In this document: in pieces, positions 13,690 through 25,765 of the stretch | Layout: every line of letters starts with the position of its first letter | Numbering within the stretch: position 1 is the stretch's first letter | NCBI RefSeq assembly: GCF_964355755.1 | Contig: NC_092676.1 | Span: 27,732,871-27,796,870 of the forward strand | Source: Antedon mediterranea | Lineage: Eukaryota > Animalia > Echinodermata | Length of the DNA: 64,000 nt | Direction: 5' to 3' | Notes under the pieces: model-generated | What the model saw: the letters and a program-made list of their open reading frames with translations, nothing else | What the model was told of the DNA's origin: nothing | Databases searched by the model: none | Program-made: the position numbers and the translations under genes

Positions 13690-15915
13690 CACCAACTGGG
13701 CCCTCTGGGAGACCAGTCTTTGACTGAAGAGGTTACCCAGTATAAATATATATTTCAATCAATAAGTTATGACATATATATCATGAAATCATAGGCCATG
13801 ACAGCATAGGTCATGTCATCATAGGTCCCAGCAAATCAAAAGCTTCCTATTATGATTAGAATGATTCCCTAGAATGATGATCACATGTAAGAAATAACCT
13901 TAAAATCAGAATTTCTGGGAGGAAAAATAGGATGAGAAACTTACCAATTAATAACAATGCAGCATCCATGACTGCTGCTCCGTTTAACATAGTAGCCATA
14001 AGAATGTCGTGACCAGGACAATCAACAAATGATACGTGTCTGTCAGAAACAAAATTTATCAACAAAAATTAGACAGTGTGCCAATAGCAGGAAATAAATA
14101 TTTATGAAATGTTTTTTTTTTCTAATACAGGATACAGAAAATGGTTTTCAAAATGTCCTATTGATATGTATTGTTATTTTGCCATTGTTGAAATTATTAA
14201 ATGTTTTTGAAATGAAATGAACAATACTCTCTCAAAAATCTCAAATTATTTATAGATGTCTTGATTAAATCTTTTATTTAAACAATGAATGTACCTTTGT
14301 AGCCTAAAGTTGCCTGCACATCCTTGTCTCTCACAGGGGAAAACATCTTCTTTGTTGCTACCCTTAGAACAGTAGCAGCCAGGCCTAGGGCATGCTGGAT
14401 TGTCACATTTGTATATCTGTAAAACAAAATTAACACAATGAATTAACAAACAACAATAATCCACGTTAGATTTTGAAAACTTACTGGCTAAAATTATTAC
14501 ATCATACAAAAAAGGAGGCAATACCAAAGAATGCACTGAATCTTAAAATAACTAGTTATTTGGGAAACTTAAATCGTAAGACATTACCATAGTTCTGATT
14601 GGTCAGTTAAAACGCTTATGTATTTAATAGCCAATTGATTGACTAGGTGGATGGCTAAATGGAGTAGGCACAAACAAAGGTTATAGCCATGAAGGTTGCA
14701 GGTTCGATTCCCTGCTTAACAATTTTGTGAATATTTTTTTACACTTGACCATCAAGCCAGAGATCAGAGACAGAAGTTTCTACATTTGTGTAAGGACCCA
14801 CCACAACGCAGATGATGTCTGTTTACTAAATGGCAAGTAGTTTACCTTAGCGTTTGCGTAGCCTAACTTAATAGTGATGTTTCTAACAAGTTCATTCTTA
14901 AAACGCACAGTCTGGACGCCTGAGATTGCTTTTACAAGAGTTGATTTTCCGTGAGCTACATGACCAATGGTACCTAAAGGAAGACGAGAAAGAATATTGA
15001 AAAGGCAAATATTTCAAGACAAGTTAGTGTTTGCAACAAATTATTTAAAATAAATACAATTGGTTGTCAATTTGGCACCACACTGTGGAAAGAGTGTACA
15101 CTTTGGTGTTGAATCTGTGATGTTAATTATTACAAACAACACAACGACATAAGTTTTAAGTATGGTATTTTTATGAGGGTCCCTAATGATCACCTTCGGC
15201 TGGATGGACCACCCTTGTAAAATATTATTATTGTTGAAATAAGTAAAAATAAATAACAACAGACATATTTTTAAAAATATTTATCTTTTAATAACAAAAA
15301 AAATTATTGTTCTTACCAATGTTTATTGTTGCTTGGCGACTAATAACCTCTGGAGACAACGGATTTAATGCTTCTTCATCCTGTGAAGTTTAATGAATAG
15401 AAAAATTACAAAACAAAGTTATTTGTTCAGAATAATAGGACTAGGCCTAGTCTAGAGGCCTACTACACTACATAGCACAGTCAGTACCAATCGTGACTTA
15501 ACCACCTACCTACCTGAACTAGTAGGGGCCTACCTAGACCTATTTCTAAAACTATTTTGATCTATAAATAACTGTCGCTATCAATTATTGTCGACATGGT
15601 TGATAGTGACATTAAGCTAGTAGGCCTAGGCCGAAATAGGAAAGAACGATAGGGTTAAATTCGCCCATCCCCGCCGCGCATTGTAAAAAATGTCATGGGA
15701 TGGCTGGTCAGTCCGAAGGGTGCTGGCTATTCTAAACGCCGAAACGGATTTTAACTAAGAAAAACACATATTTGCGAGCAATAACTAAGCAATAATGTTC
15801 TTTACATATATTGTTATCATGTAACCTTATTTTTAACGACTTAACTTAATAAACTTACGAGATTTTCTAAATCTTGTTTGGCCAGATGCTTGTTCAACGT
15901 GCTTTCAGCAGCCAT
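6753..15915 (-). CDS. EIF2S3: Eukaryotic translation initiation factor 2 subunit gamma, 12 coding exons
   Basis: Exons 15859-15915, 15317-15380, 14846-14973, 14295-14416, 13945-14039, 9394-9552, 9142-9276, 8726-8820, 8178-8322, 7729-7898, 7220-7392, 6753-6816, all GT-AG and in frame; motifs [19 protein letters not shown] (G1), DCPGH (G3), NKID (G4), [27 protein letters not shown]. Confidence 0.98.
8465..8672 (-). mobile_element. Degenerate 3' fragment of an L2-type LINE in EIF2S3 intron 8
   Basis: Minus strand reads [15 protein letters not shown]...[10 protein letters not shown], resembling the L2 ORF2 C-terminus (RSF..AAP.LWN.LP...FK..LKTHLF). Confidence 0.6.
8890..9073 (+). mobile_element. 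SINE 3' portion with L2-type tail
   Basis: Ends in gtgaagcgcttagaagcattgtgcaataagcgctatataaaaacaaatattattattatt, the stem-loop plus (ATT)n tail typical of L2-mobilised SINEs. Confidence 0.55.
10083..13644 (-). mobile_element. Near-full-length single-ORF L2-clade LINE (APE endonuclease + reverse transcriptase), frameshifted
   Basis: ORF 11600-13264 has APE motifs (NTRS, SETW, GGGVA, GDFN, LDL, SDH); ORF 10159-11577 has RT motifs ([37 protein letters not shown]); 3' end is gcgctatataag...(TTA)n. Confidence 0.95.
10159..13264 (-). pseudogene. LINE ORF2 (EN-RT) broken by one frameshift near 11600-11615
   Basis: ...CIDAV in the upstream frame resumes as [19 protein letters not shown] in another frame; about 5 residues of the usual L2 consensus (LPxIT) are missing, consistent with a small deletion. 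Confidence 0.85.
14646..14720 (+). mobile_element. Degenerate tRNA-derived SINE head
   Basis: A-box-like tggctaaatgg and B-box ggttcgattcc without a full cloverleaf. Confidence 0.4.
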
Positions 15916-16119
15916 TTTGAGTTTGTGGTAGTTGATGACGAAACAAGCAATTTTGACAGCGACCTCTATAATGTATTGATCGCTTGAACTTTTTTGAAAC
16001 ACTGAATTTTAATATTTCGTATTAAGCATATTTGAATACCTACCGGTATGGTACCATACATGTTCGACAATACAGTGTCACATATCTCTATTAAAAAAAA
16101 AAAAAAATTAAAAAAAAAA

Positions 16120-16230
16120 AAAAAAAAAAGTCGAGGTCCGAACCCCAGCCGATAGCACTCAAAACTGAGCATTACCCGTTACGCCACCACCAAGTACATG
16201 ACGGAAAAGCTGATAATAGTATATTTATAC
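16120..16230 (-). ncRNA. Candidate short Pol III (type-2 promoter) unit, ~70 nt, tRNA-like but not a cloverleaf
   Basis: Minus strand: TATAAATA (~16223-16229), A box TGGCGTAACGG (16176-16186), B box GGTTCGGACC (16135-16144), followed within a few nt by a long T run. Confidence 0.4.
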
Positions 16231-16291
16231 GTGTATTACGTAATTGATCATTACGTCATAACAATCCTATTAACCTTGCTAAAACCAAAAT

Positions 16292-16553
16292 GATCAGTTA
16301 GCTCAGTCGTCTGAGCGTCGTGTTAACAACACGTATGTCGTGGGTTCGATTCCCACGCTGGTCGGTGGAATAGAGTTAAGGCTATGCGAGCCACTGTGTT
16401 TGGGGTTCACAGATCATACGTCCCCCTTTCCACCACACATCATGAGGCGACAACATCAATGCATCTGATGATGTGGTGGAAACGACCCCAAAAGGCTGTG
16501 GCAGGGCCTTAGTGCTGAGGCAGGGAGAGCACATTTACCATCTTTTTTTTTTT
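16292..16553 (+). mobile_element. tRNA-headed SINE (or tRNA-like gene with a structured 3' extension); head 16292-16364 folds as a cloverleaf with AAC in the anticodon position
   Basis: Acceptor gatcagt/gctggtc, D arm gctc/gagc, anticodon cgtg-ttAACaa-cacg, T arm gtggg-ttcgatt-cccac; no terminator after the head; then a long hairpin and a tttaccatc(T)n end. Confidence 0.65.
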
Positions 16554-16648
16554 GCTCTCGCTTTGCTTTGATGGTTTAAATTTTATGTTTAGCGCCCTCA
16601 ATTTATTTTAATGTAAAAAAAGGGAATTAATTAATTTTATCTCATCGT

Positions 16649-17443
16649 AGTTTGGTATGCCGTGCGTTTGTTATGCAAATGAGTGTGCACATGTGCTGTG
16701 GGAAAGATGGTATTGTTAGTCATTCGCGCTCAACACACAACACTGTTCAATTTTTATTTTGTTAATCTTTTACATTATAATTATAATTCTACCGTTACAT
16801 TGTAGGCCTACTAATATTATGTTGTGAATAAAAGTTTATGGTAGAATAAAAAAATAAATATGTTTTAAGCAGATCTTCGAAATTGAAGCATATGAAGTCA
16901 AGTTTTTTAAAACCCAACCTAAAATTCGCATCTGGATAGTTGAAATTTAACATTATAATTATCAAAGGTGATCATTGTAATTGTTTTCTAAATTATAGAA
17001 ATATTAAAATTAGTAAGTAGGCTTTTGTGTGCTAGCTCTGTTTGTATTTCATAATTTTGTTTTGTTGAATTACCGTCACGGCCGCGTGCATTGCATGTCT
17101 CACACTTGGGAAACAATCACCATTGTATGGCTGGTCCTGAAGAGACTTATATATAACGCCATTTTTCGGGCGGGAACCTACTGTATACAGCTCTTTTTTT
17201 CAAAATTGTCTTTGCTCAGCCCCAAGCCTGGTGGGGTACTGAAGATTCTTATGCATGTTGTTTGAAAACATAATAGATGTCATTTTCGGGTACCTTGTAG
17301 CTCTATTTTAAACAGTTTGGTATGTGCGTGCGTTGTTGTGCAAATGAGTCTGTGCTGGTGCATTATGGTAAAGATGGTATGTTAGTCATTCGCGGTCAAC
17401 ACGCCACACTTTTAAATTTTGATGCTGTTAATTATTTACATTA
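16649..17443. repeat. Dispersed direct repeat of ~130 bp (about 16649-16776 and 17314-17443)
   Basis: Shared agtttggtatg..gtgcgtt.gtt.tgcaaatgagt.tg...aaagatggta..gttagtcattcgcg.tcaacac...ttacatta. Confidence 0.75.
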
Positions 17444-17754
17444 GAAGATTTTTCAAATCATGTAAATGAAATATTTTCCAGGCGGGAAGTTAGCCGTTTA
17501 GTTCGCAAAAGTAATCTCGAAAAGAACTCCATGTGGAAAAGAAGCCCACCCAAGAGTACTAAAAATGAAGGAGCACATGGGCTTCTTTTCGAGGTTTTAT
17601 GGCAGTCTATTTAATGGAAAATAATGCCATGCAACTTTGCTTCTGATTTAAAAAAAGTTTCACTTGACATATACAATCTTCAAAATATCTTTCTTTCAAA
17701 ATAAAAGAAAAACAATATTCATTATTTTCCATTTAAAAATAAATCCACTGACGC

Positions 17755-18856
17755 CAAATTGGGTCCACTTGAGCACAGTGTATTAACATACGAAAAGATT
17801 GAAACTTGAGTGACTTTATTTCTATTTTATATCACTGCTCCCCTGGTACCAAATTGTGTCCACTTGAGCACAGTGTTTTATACGAAAAGATATTAAAATT
17901 TAATGACTTTATTTCTATTTTATATCACTGTGCTCAACAGGGGTCAAATTGGGTCCACTTGAGCACATTGTATTGACATACGAAAAGATATTAAAATTTA
18001 GTGACTTTTTATTAAACCTTACTTGTGTGAGGGTGACCCTAAACAGCATATGCAGACAGTCAAAAACATATATGAAAAAACAGATGAACTATGTTAACAA
18101 AATATAAAAATATATAATATATATGTACTTAAATACAACAATATAGCCTACAATACTACAAAACGTTGAGTTTTTTCTTTTGGGATTAAATATTTTTTTA
18201 GAGCAGACTTAAAATTATTTATTGTTACCGCATTTCTTAGTTTGGTGGGTAGCAAATTCAGGTATGTTGGTGCTCTTAGATGAAGCTGTTCTTAAAAGTT
18301 TCAGTTTTAGGGAAAGGGACGACAAATTTCCTCTCACTGACACTTCGGGTACATCGATGATTAGGAATTCTGGCAAGACGCAGGGCAAGGTATTCCGGAG
18401 CAAGACCATTTGCAGACCTGTAGGCAAGGCAGCCCAGTTGTAGATGCATGCGATCTTGGACTGTATGAAGATTTAAGGTGTTGTAAATGTTAGTTCATGG
18501 TGTGAGAGGATGAGCTTTAAGGATAATGCGAAGTGCTCTATTTTGAATGGTCTGTATTCGGTCAATATTCGATCTGATTTCCCAAACACTACATCAATAG
18601 TCAATGTGTGGGAGGACTATAGTGTTATAGAGGAGTATGGATGTGTGTTTATTAATGAAATAATCGAGCACGCGATAAGATGGAGATGGACAAGCCCAGT
18701 TTTGAACGGAGTTTATTTACATGAAAAGAAAAAGATAAATTTGAATCAATGTGAATGCCAAGATGTTTCTGTTTGTCAGTCCAAACGATATTAAAAGTAG
18801 TGACTTTTATTTCTATTTTATATCACTGTGCTACCCTGGTGCTAAATTGGGTCCAC
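17755..18856. repeat. ~95-100 bp tandem repeat (about 3 units) interrupted by a LINE fragment
   Basis: Unit ccaaattgggtccacttgagcacagtg...atacgaaaagat...gtgactttatttctattttatatcactg starts near 17755, 17849 and 17945 and resumes after 18786. Confidence 0.8.
18011..18790 (-). mobile_element. 5'-truncated degenerate CR1/L2-group LINE
   Basis: Minus strand reads IVWTDKQKHLGIHIDSNLSFSFHVNKLRSKL...PHIDY*CSVW...IQTIQNRALRIIL (post-RT region) and ends with aataaa; flanked by a near-duplicated gatattaaaa..tagtgactttt. Confidence 0.7.
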
Positions 18857-19075
18857 AGTTACCGTAGTACTATTTCTAATATTGAAGTTAATAAAGGCAT
18901 AAATGGCGCTCCGTAGAGAAGTAGAGAATGCTCCAGTCGTCAGAATGACGCTCTGAATATACCTCATACATTTACGCAGTAAGCTAAGGCAGCTTGTGTA
19001 TAAATTAGCTTTATTTTGCCTTAATCCGTTCACAACGTACTATACCAAAAGCAACTTTTTTTCGTTCATTCATTA

Positions 19076-19398
19076 CTTTTGTCATGTAGTTTCAACAGCT
19101 TAATAGAGCTGAGTAGGCCTCATAGCTTTATTTTTACAAGTGAAAGTTATGTTTATGAGTTTATTTGATCTATAGATTTAGACAATACACTAATTGCAAC
19201 TACGGTATGAGTTTTAATTAATTTAATTTTACGTTCCCTCAACACTTTTGTCATGTACTTTCTACAGCTTAGGAGAGCTGAGTGGGCCTCATAGCTTTAT
19301 TTTTACAAGTGAAAATTATGTTTGTGAGTTATTTGATCTATAGATTTGGACAATACATAAATGCAACTACGGTATGAGTTTTAAATTAATTCAATTTT
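19076..19398. repeat. Tandem duplication of ~155 bp in the probable 3' UTR of SLC22 gene A
   Basis: 19076-19230 and 19245-19398 are highly similar; each carries a tttatt (AATAAA on the minus strand). Confidence 0.9.
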
Positions 19399-19459
19399 GA
19401 ATAATTTTATTTTACATTGTGTAAATGCTGCATTAATGTGTTACGTCATCGACCAGTGG

Positions 19460-22400
19460 TCAAGCTTTGGTTTCTTCTTGAACGACAGTCTCATAAGCCC
19501 TTCCGTTCTTCTCCAAGTTTTCCTTCCTATCAAATATATAATATTGATAAAAAGATAAAAAGTTTGCCAGACATCATCATCAAAATACGTACGTATACAT
19601 AAAACGGACTTAAGATTGGTTCCCACTAGGACGCAACGCAAGGACGTAAGCGTAATGCAAGCGTGTTGACCAATGACAAGCGACAGTTCGAATAATCTAT
19701 CGCTTGTGATTGGTCAACTCACTCACGTTGCGTTACGTCCTTGTGTTGCGTTTCTAGTGGGAACCAAGCATAAACGTTGATTATCAACATACTTTCCAAA
19801 GTTTTCACCATCTTCTAAGGTTTCTGGGAGCTGTGTGTTTAATGTTTCCGGTAAAAGCAAGATTAGAAGACCTGCAGCCAATGACATCACACTAAAGATG
19901 ACGTAAGGAAAGGGTTCCCATATCTTTCCAATGAATAAGATTTGTGGCGCCAAAATACCGGCAATACGAGCATTAACAGAACCGCACCCAACGCCAACAG
20001 CCCTAATAAAAAATGTAGTATTTTCAGTACGCCGCTTGCGATATTTATTTTCGTACACAAGTTGGGGATCCCTCATTAAACGTCACAAAATGAACATGAA
20101 TATTCATAAGTTGTGACGCACGCAGCTTACGGTTTAAAATATGATACACAATATGGCAAAGTTGAAAATATAGAAATCAATTCGTTCCGTAACTGTCTTT
20201 AACTAAGACACGTAACGTAACACTGAACAGGGACGAATTACATCATAAAGGTTTGTTCACGACAACGTAAAGAACGGTGGTGTTATGACGCAAGTCACAC
20301 GTAACGCACTGTGCACGATCATGCATTTCACAATATTAATTTACTTACCTGACGGGAGTAGGGAATTGTTCAGCCGAAAAAACGTAAATTAATGAAAATG
20401 AACAAATAACACAGAACTTTCCAATCATTGCCACAGATACAAATGCGATACCTTTAGCTGCAAAACGAAATGAATGGTTAAATTCGACTATCATGGCGGG
20501 CTAACCATATTTTCATAATACTAGGAATGTAGGCCTACGTGAAGAACTTACACAAAAAAACTATCATGAAACACGCAATACCACCGGAGATCATGTAAAA
20601 ACTGATCGACTTTCCTCGACCAAACCTATTGGCGGTAAAAAGGCAGATGGGTATAGCAGGAACACCAACGGCTCCGCTTAAGAACATGGCGATGTAGTCG
20701 TTAATTCCCATGGCGTTCGTTCCCAAAGACAATCCATAATAAACCAAACTGTTAACCATCCTGGCACATAGATATATAAAATTAGTAAATAATGTAAGTT
20801 ATTGCATGAGGATTGAGCATGCGTACTGACCTCAACCAGGGAAGAGTCACTCTTCCCTGCCGGCCACAACTACGAAACTATTCATGAGCGCGTACAACAC
20901 CACCAGAGGTACGCCCATCTATCACCATGACATTACTATATGATCACAAAATAATCCTTAATTTGTACGTAATTTATAGCCTTATGATATTTGTATATAT
21001 TCAATTCGTCACATTTCTATCCGAAATGCTAATATAATATTCTTGCGAAGATCACGTTAAAATGCATAAATAGTGCAATACCTTTTATCTCGTTTGACTC
21101 TTTGATTTTTCTTAAACCAAAACTTTCCCACCTTCTAAAACCATATATATTAATTTAATATAATCACTATTTTTCAGTCAATTGATATAAAAAATACAAA
21201 CCAGTTAAAGAGCAAATTCAGAGATTTCTTTCTCAAATTCGGCGTTCGAAAAAGATCTACAAACGTGTGTCGCTTGGAAATAGTAATGGTGTTATCTTTT
21301 TTAACCTATATAACAATGTAAATTCATAATTAAAAAATATTGTATGACATTTACCTCCAATATGTATGACATTATTGTGTGAAGTCAAAGTCAATAATCT
21401 AGGTGTGACTCTATGAGCAAAAATGATAATTAAACATCTGTTTTTATGATTACAACAATTTAAATAATTTGGAACGTATTAATATTGTCAGGTTTTATGA
21501 GCATTATCATAACAACAATGCAATTGATAATAATTTATAAAATGAAATATATAATTAACATTAACAAAGAATAAAACTTTTTTGTAAACTAAATAACACA
21601 GACACAAATGGTATAAATACATAATAATATGACGTTTTGTCAGTCTACACAGCGTCTCCAAGACTATTTGGTTAAACAAAAATGTAATAATTTTCCAGTT
21701 TATTATATTCGGAACCAGATGAGTTTATTAATTTAATAACAGATATATTCATTAATTCGTACCAGTTTTTCTAATTCAACTGGATCGCTGAATTCTGGAG
21801 GAAGATCTGTACCGTTTGTTTTAGCCATTTTCTTTAGAATGTCTGTTGCTTCCTTGTACCTCCGTTGACTCACCAGCCATCTTGGTGATTCTGGTACAAA
21901 TCTAAAAAACACATCAATAGATAATTATTATTTGTAGTCGGTGGCATTTTCATTATTTATCTAAAGTTCTGTCTACACTTTCAAACTAGTTGTTTTGCCA
22001 AAAAAGTGTGATGTACCCAAATATGGTAGTGATATGCCAAAAATATGGTACTTATATGACATCATCGTGTATATGGGCACATCACATTTGTTTTTGTCCC
22101 ATAAATTTTGATAGTGTAGACAGAGCTTTAGACATTGTATTTATTGTTATTTCTTGTGAAGAAAATAAATGTTATTTTCCAATTGAATAAACGGGATATT
22201 CCGTTATTCCATTGAAGTGTACTCCCTTCTAGATCAACAAAAGTGACGTTGTGATACGGTTGTATATACGGTTAAGTAGAACTATGAGGATCTATTGAGA
22301 AATTTCTGCCTAAGAATAATTTCTTACGGGTATGTTAATAAGAAAAGCACAACTGGAATTGAGGCAACAAGTTGTAGATGGCGCCATGATCGTAGGAAAT

Positions 22401-24030
22401 AACCCAGAAGTGCGTACAACATGTTTCCAATCACGTAAAGCAACTCTATCGTTACGCCTGTAAACGATCTTGATTTAGGTCCAACCATCTCCGTACCTAC
22501 ACAAGAAAAAGAAACTCATTTTTTCTAAATCTATATTTTACAAATAATATCAACCTAAATCAATTAGGCTTAAAAGTAAATTAAAGCTATCGATTTGTAA
22601 TTAAAATTGGTGTATTTTCGGAATAAACTTACTGATGACGAAGGCCATAATGTACGAGCCAATACAAGAAGCACCGACGCAAAATCGCATTAGGCAGAAG
22701 AACCAGAAGTTCGGAGAAAACGACGCAATCGATCCAGTTATAGCAACAAGTGTTGCACAGATGTACATAACTTTCTTTCTTCCGATACTAAAAAAACAAA
22801 CATATTATGTGCGCTTTTCAGATCTCTCACGACGCAATGTTTCATCAGCAACCATCAGAACAAAACACCTTTACAGCTATGAGCGTTTTAATTTAGGCTA
22901 CATCACATCACCTGAAATTGTTCAAGCCTATTTTCCATAAAGGATTGAACTGTAGAAGACATACCTTCTCGCAACGAGTAATAAACCATTGGAACAGTTT
23001 ACCAGCTGACGTTGTTAATTCTGAGACCACTAACACCTTCAAGAATCGCATCGACACAATGTAGTTGATATGGGGTTAAAAAGGCACTCGCCTAAACTTT
23101 CCCATTATAACTAAACTAAACTAACTAAAGGCCAGGCTATGTAGGCCTAAATAACATGGGTCAGCAATATAATACAGTACTACTTACTGATCAGCAAATG
23201 AGCCAGCTACGAGAGAGCCTGTCAGTACCCCACAAAACATAATTGATGAAGATAGAGCTGATTTGGCAGCATCGTCACAAACCAGATTCCACTAAAAAAA
23301 AAAAAACATTGGAAATTACCGTACACTAAACAATAGGCCTAATATCAATTTTATCTTTGCTATAACCAAAGAATAACATAAATAATTTAGAAACCAATAC
23401 GAGTAGTAAAAGAAAAGAAAAGTAAAGAGCAATAGAATTGTCAATACAGCGAACGTTGAATTCTCAAAATATGTTCTGTTTTTAGAGTTACATTTATATT
23501 ATTTTATTTTATTTGAAATGAATCAGTAGATCTTCTGGTATACCGTAGCTAATAATTGATTTTGAGAACATTTCATAAACTGAAGTAATGTAGGCCTTTA
23601 CTACCGAACCAATATTGTTCTAAACAAAACTTACGTCTTGTATTATGGTTGAACGATACTGAGACTTATCGTAAACCCATCCGTCGGAACATTCTCCGAT
23701 GGACCACGTCTCATTGGTTGTCAACACATCAGCCTCGTCTTCAAATTCGTATCGTCTGCAATGCTGTTCTTCAATAAATGTATCTGGATTGTCAGTAATC
23801 TTGAAAGACGCGATTGTATCAATACAATCCTCCGTTGATAAAGCATACTTACTACAATTAAACGAATCTATAGCGGGATTTTTACACCAATGATCCGTCT
23901 CAGCTGCAAGAAACACGTGAGCGAGTAAATGAATTCCAACAGGAATACCTATAGTTATAAGTAACGCATAAACTCGTTTTTGATAGAGTCCAAAATCGCC
24001 AACAGATTTAAAAACATCATCGAACGCCAT
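19460..24030 (-). CDS. SLC22 family organic cation transporter-like protein (copy A), 10 exons
   Basis: Exons 23635-24030, 23188-23291, 22633-22787, 22328-22496, 21763-21901, 21202-21305, 20552-20760, 20349-20457, 19793-20002, 19460-19526; motifs FDDVF..VGDFGLYQ, WNLVCD, IGRKK, PESPRWL, DLFRTPNLRK, YYGLSL, AEQFPTPVR, LLPET; C-terminus ...VVQEETKA*. Confidence 0.92.
19612..19772. mobile_element. Palindromic MITE family 2 (PIF/Harbinger-like ends); further copies at ~37722-38360 (cluster), 47640-47780 and 48500-48596
   Basis: Ends ttggttcccactag...ctagtgggaaccaa with internal inverted cgcaacgcaaggacgtaa and gaccaatcacaagcga arms; T/A-rich flanks. Confidence 0.8.
22945..23128 (+). mobile_element. 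CR1-type LINE 3' fragment
   Basis: Reads TFSQRVINHWNSLPADVVNSETTNTFKNRID (CR1 ORF2 end) followed by an (actaa)n tail. Confidence 0.7.
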
Positions 24031-25765
24031 CGATATTGCTTAGTTTGTTTGGAACGGCGCGCGTTTCCGTCAATTGCTCGTACTCTGCAGTACTGATGAC
24101 GTGGGGCTGTGATTTAAGTATAAATAACAATATATCACAGTGCAATAAAAGTGTTACAGCTTTGCTCTGAGCATGTGTAATTCATCTCACATTAAAATAA
24201 GTACAAAGACACACACACACACAGAATGCGTTCTCGACAGTGGTGAAACGCAGAGGCCTGAGTTTTTAGCCTTTTTCGACATATTTTAATGGTTGTTTTT
24301 TCTCTGGGCACTGTTCAGGCCCCCCCCCCCCCATAAGCTCATAGTTGTCACGCCACTGGTTCTCACCGAGTCTCCACTTTTTAAATACCATGGGGAACCA
24401 TAGAACACCAAATCTCACGACCGGAAGGTAGCCACCTCTGTATTTGAAATTGCTGAATAATAATAGATTTCAAAGCATAAATACTTTTATAAATTGGCAA
24501 AAATTGAGTTGAATTTGAATTAATTCCAGTATCGAATCGGCTTGGTGTCGTGTATAACAATGGACAACGCAATGAATAAACGCATAGGTCACTGTGTGAA
24601 CAATAACAATAAGTTATTTACTGTTTTATTATGCGTTCTCCTAAATTTGAATAACATAGAAGATAGATTTAGCGTTTAGGTATTAGGCAAGTTGTTTTTA
24701 AAACTTAATTTAAGGACAAATTGACGATATAGACCTTTTTTTCTAATGGACTTTTTTTCTTTAAATTACGTGTTTTATCAGGTAAATATGTATTTTGTTG
24801 ATCCACTGTTTTGGTCAATGTGCATAACTATATACCTAATGAGACATTAAGATGGCGTATTAAAAAAAAAATTTAGGCCCTGACTGATATTTTTATTGTA
24901 TACCGTACAAAGATATGCCTGTGTACCGTACTGTACATATTTTATATAGAAAAAGATTAAATAGAGTAATGATATAGTATTGTATTCAAAATCAGATTAA
25001 AATATTCGTTGAATCTCATTTGAATATATAAATTAGTTGTCAACGGTAAACCAATATGGCGGGTGGCAAATAATATGTTGACGGCGGTGTTGGCGGTAAA
25101 TTTGTGAGCGATAAAAAGCGGCAGCTACCATACAATTACATTTGTTCACGTTCGTTTCTAATACAGGATTTAGATTATTTTAAATTATAAAATGACTCGG
25201 AAAGAAGCTTCCAACCTGTGAAACGTTATTTTCAAAATAGATTTAACACAAATCATTTTTTAACAATGGTGTTACTTGTTAGTTAGTTAGAGCTTAGGTC
25301 TGTTATGATTTCTATATTTTATTCTGGGTAAATACGGTAGTAGATCCTGTCGCTTTGAAAATACATTCTAGAGGAAAAATAATGAGTGTAAGTACGTAAC
25401 TAAAAGCTTTAGACTTTCAGTATTAATACTTTGATTTCACGACATACGATATTTAGGCCTAAGAAGAAAAAAAAAATACACCCAAACACATTGAGGTTTA
25501 TCAGTATTAATTATTATACAAAAATAAAACATAAAAGAAATTAGTATTCGATAGAGAGGCTTATTTTGTCTTAAAACAATAATAAATAAACAGTTTGACG
25601 TGCCATATTATTTGCTTAAGACTAAAGGTGTATTAACTTGGATTCACCATAGAGACTAATCTATTTCTTCATGGATTCACCAACGAAACTTTCGTTACAA
25701 ACTAGCATGCTTAAATCCTGAATAATAGTTTAATTTATAAAATGTTCCTCATTAATGTTGTGCAG

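Larger units (their letters stand above)
9843..13763 (+). mobile_element. tRNA-derived SINE with Deu/Nin-like central domain, split by a LINE (5' part 9843-10083, 3' part ~13688-13763)
   Basis: A box tggccgagcgg, B box ggttcgaggc, core ggataaggactataaaccgtaggtcc...taaagaacc...gagtagggggttaccccggtg resembling the DeuSINE/Nin domain, (tcaa) tail; a partial second copy lies at ~42025-42122. Confidence 0.75.
9688..13826. repeat. tcatgacatcatagg/aagttatgacata minisatellite split into two parts (about 9688-9842 and 13763-13826) by the SINE+LINE insertion
   Basis: The same ~14-bp units continue on both sides of the inserted elements. Confidence 0.8.

Noticed and set aside
16292-16364. Bona fide tRNA-Val(AAC) gene
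   Set aside because: The D loop lacks GG, the first anticodon-stem pair is mismatched, and there is no terminator until ~180 nt later; more consistent with a SINE head
16465-16490. CTGATGA...GAAAC resembling a hammerhead ribozyme core
   Set aside because: The 7 nt between the motifs (tgtggtg) cannot form stem II, and both motifs are sequestered in a long hairpin with ttccaccaca..catca upstream
19441-19641. ORF-track frame as the SLC22-A last exon (…KLDHWSMT*)
   Set aside because: The phase-2 intron puts the exon in another frame, ending EETKA* at 19460
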